Source: Eledone cirrhosa (lineage: Eukaryota). From it: a stretch of DNA of 64,000 bases. Numbering within the stretch: the first letter of the stretch is position 1; the number at the start of each line of letters is the position of its first letter. Below, one piece after another: positions 13,838 to 25,339 of this stretch. The DNA is taken from contig OZ024743.1 of assembly GCA_964016885.1 (NCBI GenBank), forward strand, positions 301,506,001 to 301,570,000, written 5' to 3'. Under the pieces are notes generated by a model that ran no database searches, was not told the origin of the DNA, and saw only the letters and a program-made list of their open reading frames with translations. Both the position numbers and the translations under genes were made by a program.

Positions 13838-13995
13838 TAGGTCCCGGGTTGAGTCGGGGATAACCACAGAAAGTAAGGTACTCAATACATGGCAGAGTAA
13901 AATATATTTATTGTAGAGAAGGAGCTTCTACAGGACTAGAACTGTTTCATTTCATCTGAATGAAACAGTTCCAGTCCTGTAGAAGCTCCTTCTAT

Positions 13996-14001
<6 letters not shown>
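13838..14001. repeat. Fold-back of a PLE-like terminus between (TA)n tracts
   Basis: Arms ~13910-13952 and ~13958-14001. Related to 58381-58515. Confidence 0.75.
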
Positions 14002-14051
<50 letters not shown>

Positions 14052-14054
<3 letters not shown>

Positions 14055-14236
14055 GTTTGTACTTTAGGCACAAGGCCAGCAATTACACAGTGCATTACTG
14101 GTACTTCATTTTATCGACCCCGTAAGGATGAAAGGCAAGGGCAAGCTCGGCGGATTTGAAAGATCGTAAATGGAGGTAACTATGCTGGAAAGCATGGCGT
14201 CCGACCCTCTACCGATACTGTCAATCTACCGCTCTT
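14052..14236 (-). mobile_element. tRNA-derived SINE with Meta-type central domain
   Basis: Reverse complement reads ..TTCAAATCCGCCGAG..GCCTTTCATCCTTACGGGGTCGATAAAATGAAGTACCAG. Confidence 0.8.
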
Positions 14237-14289
14237 ATTATCAATATTATTATGTATAATAATATTGATAATAAGAATAGAAGGACCAA

Positions 14290-14490
14290 TTGTTAAGCCC
14301 CCATTACGTTTATAGATTGATGACGCGCGTTTCACTATTGATCAGGTCAAGGCTCCATCTGTATCGATCTGACCCGACTCTGCAATTCAAATGCTTGAGA
14401 GTCGGACCAGATTGATACAGTTCGGACCTTCAGCTGATCAATAGCTAAACGCGCGTCACCAATCAATAAACCTAACGGAGGCTTAACAAA
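14290..14490. repeat. Diverged ~100-bp-arm fold-back
   Basis: ttgttaagcc..gacgcgcgttt..ctattgatcag..ccgactct / agagtcgg..ctgatcaatag..aaacgcgcgtc..ggcttaacaa. Confidence 0.85.
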
Positions 14491-14638
14491 TCGTGCTTGT
14501 GTTTTATATGTACACTCTGTTTAGCCCTACACCTCGCTACAGACGTGAATCTAAATTTGAGTGCTCACCTGGGTGAACCTACAGTAACTTCACATTCCAC
14601 TCCCTGCATATATACATATATATATACACACACACAAA

Positions 14639-14695
<57 letters not shown>

Positions 14696-14737
14696 TTCAT
14701 GTATATATATATATATATATATATATATGTTACTAAA

Positions 14738-15486
14738 AATTGTTTCTACTTTTTGGCACAAAGCCAGCAAATACTCAGTGCATTACTGGTACTTTATTTT
14801 ATCGACCCCGTAAGGATGAAAGGCTAGTTAACCTCGGCGGGATTTGAACTCAGATCATACAGGGAGGTAACTCTATAATTCAAAGCATGGAGTCCGACCC
14901 TCTACTGATACTGCCAATCCACCGCCTTTATATATATATATATTACTAATAGTTGTTTCTAATTTAGGCACAAGGCCAGAAATTACCCAGTGCATTGCTG
15001 GTACTTTATTTTATCGACCCCGTAAGGATGAAAGGCAAAGTCAACCTCGGCGGGATTTGAACTCAGATCATACAGGGAGGTAGCTCTATACTTCAAAGCA
15101 TGGAGTCCGACCCTCTACTGATACTGCCAATCCACCGCCTTTATATATATATATATTACTAATAGTTGTTTCTAATTTAGGCACAAGGCCAGCAATTACC
15201 CAGTGCATTGCTGGTACTTTATTTTATCGACCCCGTAAGGATGAAAGGCAAAGTCAACCTCGGCGGGATTTGAACTCAGATCGTAAAGGGATGTTACTAA
15301 TAATTGTTTCTACTTTAGGCACAAGGCCAGCAATTATCCAGTACATTACTGGTACTTTATTTTATCGACCCCGTAAGGATGAAAGGCAAAGTCAACCTCG
15401 GCGGGATTTGAACTCAGATCGTAAAGGGACGTAACTATGCTGGAAAGCCTGGCGTCCGACCCTCTACCGATACTGCCAATCCACCA
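14738..15486 (-). mobile_element. Tandem array of four Meta-type tRNA SINE copies
   Basis: Units start at ~14738, 14950, 15162 and 15301. Minus strand has B box GAGTTCAAATCC followed by the Meta-type domain. The third copy lacks its 5' head. Confidence 0.85.
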
Positions 15487-16270
15487 ATGATAGGTAAATC
15501 TTCATACAAATTAATACTTTTTTAATTAATAACATTAAAGTAGTAAATATTACTAAAAAATGGCTCTGCTCTCCGGTTAAGCTCACACAGTTTCGATACA
15601 AATGAGAATTAAATATACTGGTTATAATGTGATTGAAATTTATTGCCACATGCACACAAATAATGCTAAGAACGTGAAACCAACAAGACAACGCACCCAG
15701 AAATTGAGAAACGACACTAACGCAAACTGCCAAAAATCCAACCGCACATACACACAGTTTTTCACCGCCGTAATGTCACACCCATTCTTCAATCATATAA
15801 TCAATCAGATGTTGAACAACCGACGCTTGTTGAACACCTACGCTTGTAATAGTGTAATAAAACCACTACCACAATATGTACCACGCCAATACCGTCACAT
15901 ACATATACACATATAAACTAAATGTATAAACGGAGTTAGACATCACACCTCACACTTTGCTGCGAGGCGAAAGACTTTGAAATTCATTTATTTATTAGTG
16001 CTATATATTGCATTGTTTTGATATACAATATGCTTCATTTTTAAAGAGAACCACACACCCAAGCAACAACTGCTTATTCTCTTTATAATCTTCTATGCCC
16101 CACCTTTGATGACCCTATTGCTTTTTAAACAGCGAAATGAACACAAGTTGAATAAATGATATCCTCACATGTAATACAGACATTTCCGAAACCACTTCTC
16201 AGATCCTTGTACAGATTATTCGGAATAGAAGTTTTGGATATTTCACCTCAATTTGTACTCACGCACACAC

Positions 16271-16363
<93 letters not shown>

Positions 16364-17252
16364 GAAACAAACGCCACCCTCAACCCCACCAACCTACCCC
16401 CCCCCCCCAAACAAATGAAACGTGCACTCACACAAACACATGTACACTCTTAGAATTAGAGACACTCACATGTTTGTACGCATACATACATAACAAAAAG
16501 CATAGAAGTTTATGCAGTTACCGAATAACAAATATCCTATAGTGTCCAAGACAAATATATTGCATTTGAAACTCATACATTTCGTCAAAGATTTGTGTTG
16601 TAAGTGAAATGAAACGATACCTTTTGTGTAACGAATATGCGTTACGTAACTTGCATTTAATCATTTCATATTGGTTCCTTTACACTGTGGAAAACGTGGA
16701 TAATTTTGACGGGCATTAACAATTTCTTAATGTTTTTTCGACATATTCTCAAATACTAAACTTCTACACTTCATCATGCTTTAGGCCTTTTGCACTACGA
16801 TTACTTTTACTATCTGAATAATGTAAATCATGAATACAGACCATATAGATATTTCATGTTTACCCGATATTTTCTATTGGTTTGGGTACTTCTCTTTCTT
16901 TTGTTATTATCGAATCGATTTGTAGGTAGTATGCTTCTGCTCCTAAGTTTAAATCTTTATGTTTTAGATAACATTTGTTATATTTTCTATTACATTACAG
17001 TTATTTCTTGTAGATAATGTCAAAAACATACCATACGAGGTGTACATATATCCCAATGGCTAATATACAATCTAGCGTTTAGTTTTCGATCTAAAAAAAT
17101 ATGACATTACTACGACCTCTATATAGGCTTACAGTATATATTATCCGGTATATATATATATACATATATATGTAGTGGGTATGCGAAAAAGAGAAATAGC
17201 ATGAGAGAGTGAGAGAGTGTGAGAGAGAGAGAGAGGGAGAGAGAGAGAGAGT

Positions 17253-17352
<100 letters not shown>

Positions 17353-17547
17353 TTCATATGGAATAGTTACTTTTAAGGTTCATTAGAATGTTCAGTAAGA
17401 TGGTTTGCCTTATCTGCTTTCGGCAATTTGCTCTCTGAATTCACGCACACACACACACACAGACACACACACATATATATATAGATATATATAGAGAGAT
17501 ATAGATAGGTAAATATACACGGGTGTGTATGATTGTGTATAGAAGAT

Positions 17548-18571
17548 TATATTAATAAGAGGAATTCCAACTTTGTCTGATTTACTCGTTTTATTTACAA
17601 TCCTTTAAAATATATATAATATGGTATTATAATGAAATAGTATGATAGAATATCAAATTCTAAGTGTTAATTGAACAAGTACTTTCATGCTTTCGCAATC
17701 TTCAGGTTCATGATATGTGGTGACAGTCGAGTTTGCAATTTTCAACTGTAATGAGATGGGTAAATTTACTACCTTTTATACATTGTATACAGAGAAAAGT
17801 GGCTCCAGAATGCAAAGCCCTGTAAACTGTATTTCGATCAATCAGTGTGTAGTTTTACTGAATTACTACAGCTGTTTGGTTTAAGCGTCACGGCTGGTTG
17901 AGCATGCTAACGACCAATGGTCATACCCAACGTATCAAATGTTTTGCTTTTTGAAATGATGAAAATAGCATTTTCTATTAATCATCACCATCAACATCAC
18001 TTTTATTATTATTATTATTGTTGTTGTTGTTGTTGTTGTTAGTGGTCATGGTCATAGTGGTAGTAGAAGTAATACCCCTAGGCGTTATTATTGTTCATTT
18101 AGCTTGGGTTTGAATTTATCAATAACATTCTTTTCTTTGATTTTTCTCTTGATTTCACTTGGGCTGTGTAATTTGTAGAATGGGAATATTATAAATATTC
18201 CCTGACCACATGTTGCCAGGTGCCCGCTTAGGGGTATCTGACGGACATTTGGGTCTCTGATTTGTTGACGGTGTACCCGTGCACGTTCTGATAGTGCATT
18301 TCCAGTTTGACCGACATATGGTTCTTCACAATTCGGGCATTTAATGCAGTAAATTAGATTTCTGCTTTTGCAGTTCATATTTGCATTTGGGAATATTTTT
18401 CCAGTTTTTGTTTTCATATATTGAAAACCAAAAGCATGAAAGTACTTGTTTAATTAACACTTAGAATTTAATATTCTATCATACTATTTCATTATAATAC
18501 CATATTATATATATTTTAAAGGATTGTAAATAAAACGAGTAAATCAGACAAAGTTGGAATTCCTCTTATTA

Positions 18572-18575
<4 letters not shown>
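17548..18575 (-). mobile_element. 5'-truncated Neptune-type PLE (second family): GIY-YIG + 3' UTR + inverted pLTR tail
   Basis: ORF 18088-18417 NLIYCIKCPNCEEPYVGQTG..RARVHRQQI..HLATCG..IFPFYKL..KPKLN. 18431-18575 is an inverted copy of 17548-17693. Confidence 0.9.
17672..17710 (-). ncRNA. Minimal type I hammerhead ribozyme motif
   Basis: Same motif as 12094-12132, with CUU triplet. Confidence 0.85.
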
Positions 18576-18603
<28 letters not shown>

Positions 18604-18720
18604 AGAGGAAATCGAAAATGCTACTGGAGTCTTATTTTTAAAAATATATATATATTTATTTGGTTTCTTTACCGGTCTCACAGATGTGAGAAAAACCACA
18701 GACCCTCCATCTCAACTCTA

Positions 18721-18756
18721 CTTTTGAAAAGCAGAAGAACTGCGAAACAGGTAAAG
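18721..18756 (+). ncRNA. Variant minimal hammerhead motif (U3-A8) in fold-back element ~18600-18890
   Basis: ctt-TTGAAAA-gcag aagaa ctgc-GAAA-cagg-TA-aag. Confidence 0.7.
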
Positions 18757-18911
18757 GAACCAAATAAATATATATATATTTTAAAAAATAAGACTCCAGT
18801 TGCATTTTCGATTTCACCTGTTTTTCTTTATACATCCACCCGTGTAGGACACCTCGGTTATTTTTCATTTTATAAACAAATTTCACATTCTAATATATAT
18901 ATATCTATATA

Positions 18912-19017
<106 letters not shown>

Positions 19018-19289
19018 CTGGGTCGCAGTCTTTAAGGGTATGTCAATATTTGTTTATAAATCTGATCTATATTGTATTGTATCTGATGAAAGCGCACCAT
19101 AATTTGCTTTGGTGTCCTTGAAATGAATATGCTTTTATAAATATAGTTTATAATATAATGAAATAAATATGGTTTTATAAATATAGTTTCCATTTGTTAA
19201 TATAAGTATATATATATAGTTAAAAATGGAACGGGAACAAAACAGAGAGGCAGTACAAACAAAGGTTTATTAGTTTCACGCTCTTGCGA

Positions 19290-19338
<49 letters not shown>

Positions 19339-19716
19339 CGCACTGGTTGTTCCTTATGCAAACACATTAATGATTTTCTATGTCCAATCAGGCATAAATC
19401 CAAATTTATTTCAATTTTTTTTTTAATCGTCAATGAGTGTTTATTTCTCATTTATCTATATCGGTTCCTTCCTTTTATTTCACACGTCAATTCTTCTATT
19501 CCTATCTCTCTTTGTATCCCGCAATGAATGAGTAACGTCCGAAATATTAAAACACTTTTCTTACTATATCAAACTTTAGACTAATATTCATCATCACGGT
19601 GCTGTATTATTTGTATATATAAAACTATATATATATAATAATAAATACATATATAATACAGTCACACAGAAACACAAACACAATCACAAACATACACACA
19701 CACACACGCACACACG

Positions 19717-19808
<92 letters not shown>

Positions 19809-21643
19809 TATATATATGTATATAAAATGTAAATGAATAGTATGTCACGTATATTATTTGTAGATATATTGTGTTACGCAATGCATGTTATTAATGATAT
19901 ATATATAATTATGATCACACACATATACAGATATATACAAATATACAAATATACAGATCGTTAAAGAATTTATAAAAAAAATCTTTTGCACCCAACAGAG
20001 ATAACATTGATTGATTGTTGATTCATTTAAATATCCCATGGATGCTTTTCAAGTTGACTTCAAATTCTGTAACGAATTAGGGTACTTATCAAGGCATTTT
20101 GTAATCAATGTGGAGAACTTATCATTTCCATCGGAGATTGGATCGTGAAATTTGCTATGAGCTTCAATCCCCTTTGGAGTTACCTGCATCAGCCTTATCC
20201 ATACACTTTCATGATGATGGATTCGTAAGTGTGCCGTCCTCAGGTGACTAGGTTATACTGATTTAGTGGTGTCAATCGTCTTCCACGCAAACCATAGGGA
20301 GACAAAGAGAATGATAGAGGAAACAGGGGCATGAGTACTGGATTGACAATTTATTGATCGGCCTCGAAGGAATGAAATGTGGATTGAGACTCGGCGAAGT
20401 AAGCCGGCGTTTCACCACGATGCCCTCTCGACTCTTCCAATGAAATGAACGACATTTAAAGATTAAATGAGCAATTTCTTATTGTGTGTTTGTTACTATT
20501 TGTGGCAGCATTAATCAATGATATAATTATTTGTCATGTCATTAATTTACAATATAAATATTGGCGGTGAATCTGTTATTGGCATGGCTGATATCATAAT
20601 AAGAAGTGTCAACACGGCTGATATTAACACAAATATATAATTTCATACTTAATATTTCAATGTTATAACGTAAATGCTTCCATTCCAGAAAGTTTCTTAA
20701 CAATTTACTAAATGACATAGAACACAAACATTTTACCGGCACGAATTCGATTTAATAAATTCAATATATCTTTGTTTATATTCCTTCAGAATTATCCGCT
20801 CATTTCAATCAACTATTATTCTGTAATCCTTTCATTATTGATTGTGTTGATGAGATAGTTCCAGGATAATTACTGTATGCTTCGCTTTCAGTTATTTTCT
20901 GTCCATCATTATAATATTCTTGGAATATATTCACAATGTTTCTACTAATAGGTAACTTGACATGGTAGATTGACACATCATTTTTCATCTACCTCAATGT
21001 TTTAAACTAAAATTTCCATGAGAATTTGACTACTAATTGTTACCGGAAAAAACATATGATACTAAAATATGATTCGTATGCCGCTAGAGTCTGTATTGTA
21101 TTTAATCCCTCGGGATAAAGGAAAGGTGTCACCCAAGTATCGAAAGAATAGTATATAATTGTATTGACCCAGCGAAGAAATATGTAAAATTTACCTGAGC
21201 TTTAAATAAATACCCGTAACAATTATCTCACAGAGTGTATTAATAATCGTTATATTCGATATTAATAACGATCTGGTCACATCTGACATTCATCCATATC
21301 CATAAAAATAAAAGGAAATTAATTCCAGAATTGTTTTAGATGAGAGTTCATACACTGTACCCTTCTTAATCAGTTTCTAACCACCCAGGTATGTCAACAT
21401 CGTTATGTTTCATATAGATTAAGTGAACAGTGCCATTGTTCTTCTTCTCATTGTGATTCATTTGTTTTAATCTAGATATTTCCTGAGACATTCAATTCTG
21501 ATATATTTAAAGCATGGTAAATGTGTTAACTTATTTTCTATGTTAAAGGAAAAATATGTTATAGAAAATGAGAGTAGATTTATCGTTTATGCGGATATAT
21601 TGAACCATGCTACAATTTTACAGAAACACACATACACAAACAT

Positions 21644-21701
<58 letters not shown>

Positions 21702-21781
21702 ATAATAATAAAATTGAAGACTAAAATCCAAAGAGGGCTCGATAAGGAAAATATATATGAAATATATAAGATCCGTAGAGC

Positions 21782-21934
21782 AAATATTTATTAAAATAAC
21801 AGATTAAAGTTTAAGCAAAGAATCGTTGCTTTCACCCTTAACGGGATCTTCTGAAACTAACAAAGTTAGTTTCAGAAGATCCCGTTAAGGGTGAAAGCAG
21901 CGATTCTTTGCTTAAACTTTAGTCTGTTATTTTA

Positions 21935-21942
<8 letters not shown>
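21782..21942. repeat. Near-perfect fold-back (~75-bp arms) between (TA)n tracts
   Basis: Centre aactaac-aaa-gttagtt. Contains a hammerhead-like CAGAAGA-tcccgttaagggt-GAAA. Confidence 0.9.
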
Positions 21943-21996
<54 letters not shown>

Positions 21997-22089
21997 TATA
22001 ATAATAATAATAAATTTGAAGACTAAAATCCAAAGAGGTTTCGATAAGGATAGATAATCTGTTATTTTAATATATATATATATATATAT

Positions 22090-22736
22090 TGGTAAACGGA
22101 CAAGAAAATGCTGAGAAATTGTTCACAGTGAAAAATAGTTTAATTAGGAATAAGTGAGAATTAGTAATAGTATTGTTTAGTATTCAGTTTTGGTTTTAAG
22201 TTTAACCGGTTGCGCATTTCTAATGCTTTTCAAAAATAATTTTGAGATAGAGCGTCCGTGATGTTTGCTCTAATCTGATTAGTTTTGGAAATTATACCTG
22301 TTTTTATGTTAAAAAAGTGGCTCCAGCGGTATTAAAATAAGTTTTGCCCCAATTCGTGTTGCAAAAATTCTTGTGGTCAAAACAATTTTGATTGGTCGGT
22401 AGAGGTTTTTTGAATGTTAAAAATTGATTTTGCAGCAAATGTAGGTTTGTGTCGTCTGATTGAGAAGTCACTGAAAAATAAGTCTTTCAAAACAAATATG
22501 TGTGTGTGTGTAGTAGTAGTAAAGAGATTCGTTGTTGTGATAAGGTCAGCAGGGATGTGTGTGCGAACCGCAGCCTGTTGACAGTTCAAATGCCTATTAA
22601 GACAAGTGTGTGTGTGTGTGTGTGTGTAGCAGAGTAATTCGTGGTAGAGGGATGGTCAGTAGGAATGTGTCTGTAAGTGTGTGGGGGATATTTTAACAGG
22701 TTAAAATATATTTTTCAGCCCTTGTCTTATACGGAG

Positions 22737-22769
<33 letters not shown>

Positions 22770-25015
22770 TCATTGTATGTTAATGTACGCGTGTGTATGT
22801 GTGTGTGTGTATATATGTGCGTGTGTGCGCATACACGTGTGTGTGTGTGTGAGAATGCGTGTGTGGGGGGGGGGGGGACCAGTAATTATTGTTTGTGGTA
22901 CTGGTGAAATGGTGTACATTATTCGATATTTTCAGTAAAATCGATTCTCTCAATAGAACATCAAAAACCTTAATAATAAAAGGTGTGAATGATATATAGT
23001 ATTGGCATAATACCAAGGTGTGTGTGAGTGTGTCTAGATTGTACGTACTGCAAGGGGAATCCATTAGGCCTTGCGGTATTGGAATACATGTGTACAAATA
23101 AGTAACTGGAGTGTGTCAAGAAATTGTATACATGTGTACAAATTATATAGTTGTGTACAAATGGTACACATGTATCTGGAGTGCGTCCAGATTGTACGTA
23201 TTGCAAAGGGAATCCATTAGGCCTTGCCGTATTGGAATACTTGTGTACAAATATGTATGTGCCCATCAGTGTGCAATGTGTGCGTTTATGTATGTGTGTG
23301 TGTCGGCACGTTTGTATTTATAGACATCAAAAGGTATGCAAATTTGTGTATATTTTTGTTGCACCATAGAACATGTGTGTTTACGTATGTCATTGTGTTT
23401 ATATGTGGGTAGAGATGTATGCTGATGTAGGTATGTATTTTGACGTGTGTATGTTGTGGGTTTGTCTTAGGGAGAAGTGTTTAGACGGGGTCCGTATTTG
23501 TTAATAAAGTAAGATTCCTTGCTGATGCGCTGGGTGTGGGTGGCATTATCTTTAAATTTGTAGAAGGGAAATATTCTGAAGTTGGGATGATTTTGGGCGG
23601 CACAGGTATCAATGTGTCCACTCAGTGATATTTTCCTGTATTCCCGTATTTTAATTTTGGATCTATGGACAGCCAGGCATTGGCGGAGGCTGTTTTTGGT
23701 CTGGCCTATGTATTGTTCTCGACAACCTGAGCAAGTTAATACATATATTAGATTTTCTGATGCGCATGTGAAATTGTGTTTTACTATAAAACGTTGTCCT
23801 TCTTTGAAATAGAATTCCGAACCCTCTATTAGGTTAATTCATATGCCACAGTTGGGTGTATCGCATTTTTTTTACTGTGGGTTTCGTTGTTGTGGTTGGC
23901 AGTACTTTGGCATGTGTTAGGATGTTTTTCATTGACTTAGATTGTCTTTTGCTCTTTATGATATCGTGTGTTCGTAGGATTTGGTTCATTCTATGGCCAT
24001 TTTTCAACACAGAGATGTTCTGGAGCATGGTGTCAAAGGCCTCATTGTTGAGGAGGTTGTGTGTAGAGATGTATGGAACAGCTTTTAGTTTCGGTTGACT
24101 TAATTTAGGGTGTCTAAGGTCCTCGGTACTGAGTTTTACGGCACGTTGGATTCCATTGGCAATTAATAATGCAGGGTAGTCCCTGCCCATGAGTGTATCC
24201 TTTAGTTCTTGTAGCCGTAAGTAGCAGGTGTTTTTATTGGATACTATAGTACAGATTCTCTTGGCTAAGTTGTAGGGAATATTAATTTTAACGTATCTAC
24301 GGTGGCAAGAGTTGAAAGGAAGATATTGCTTGGCGTCTGTAGGCTTGTGGTATATGTCTGTTTGTATTTTTTTGTTATGGATGTTAATGAGGATGTCGAA
24401 GAAGGGGAGTTGTTGATGGTTGTATTCCATCGTGAAGTTAATATTCGTGTTGAGCCCATTTATAAGGGTCTGAAATTCTTTAAGTTTCTCGATATTTTCG
24501 TGCCAAAGGATGAAGCAGTCATCTAGATATCGCTTCCAGTTCCTTTCTATGTGTAAGTAGAGAGTGTTTCCAAATTTGTTTCGGACTTTAGGGTAGTGGG
24601 TGATTTCCAGGTATCCCATGACTAGGTTGGCATAAGCGGGGCTGTTTTCGTTCCCATAGCGGTCCCAGCTTTCTGCCTGTAGGGTTTGTTATTGAAAACG
24701 AAGTAATTGTTATCCAAGATAAATTTGAGTCCCTCTATCACGAATTCTTTTTTGATGCGTTGTGGGAGTTCATTGGGGTAATTATCCAGCCATAATTGGA
24801 TAGCTTCTATTCCTAGGTTGTGGGGTATGTTGGAGTATAGGTTGACTACATCGAACGTCACTAGTAGGGTTTGTTCAGAAAGGTGCATATCTTGAGCATA
24901 TCTAAGTCGTCCCTTATATAGCTTTTGGTGTGTTTGAGAAAAGGCTTGAGAAGGGTATCAATGAAGTTGCTAAGGCGGTGGGTTTCGCAAGCGGGGCCTG
25001 CTATGATAGGTCTTA
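22090..25015 (-). mobile_element. Neptune-type Penelope-like element, 5'-truncated and decayed (coding remnant 23467-25015; 3' UTR/pLTR 22090-23466)
   Basis: RPIIAGP, TFDVVNLYSNIP, GTAMGT, WKRYLDD, LPFFD, YHKPTD..YLPFNSCH. Cys-rich linker, then NLIYVLTCSGC..YIGQT GIY-YIG. (TA)n on both sides. Confidence 0.93.
22201..22236 (-). ncRNA. Variant hammerhead motif (U3-A8, GCAA)
   Basis: Reverse complement ttt-TTGAAAA-gcat tagaa atgc-GCAA-ccgg-TT-aaa. Confidence 0.55.
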
Positions 25016-25217
25016 ATTATATGTTATATATATATATATATATATATATATAACAGCAAAAGGGATATTATATTTGTTGGTAATTCAACAAATGTATATG
25101 TTTATAACTGAATCGTAGCACTCAACAGTTTTTGTGGAGTATAATATGTATCTGATGAGGGCGTACCAAAGTTTTGTTACCCTTGAAATAAATATACTTT
25201 CCATTTATTAGTATCAT

Positions 25218-25307
<90 letters not shown>

Positions 25308-25339
25308 TATATATATGTAATATAAATAAATATATATAG

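Noticed and set aside
14738-15486. CRISPR-like or tRNA gene array
   Set aside because: Units are SINE copies with no unique spacers and no complete cloverleaf.
19077-19135. CTGATGA-hairpin-GAAA here and at 25148-25197
   Set aside because: Core and stem II are present, but I cannot place a valid UH triplet together with stem I. Probably a decayed family; not called.
23839-23841. TGA at a Cys position in the Neptune linker (CGI*), and at 12565 in the CRE knuckle, as possible selenocysteine
   Set aside because: Both copies have other disabling lesions and no SECIS was identified. The near-intact Naiad ORF has no in-frame TGA, although selenoprotein Naiads are known elsewhere.
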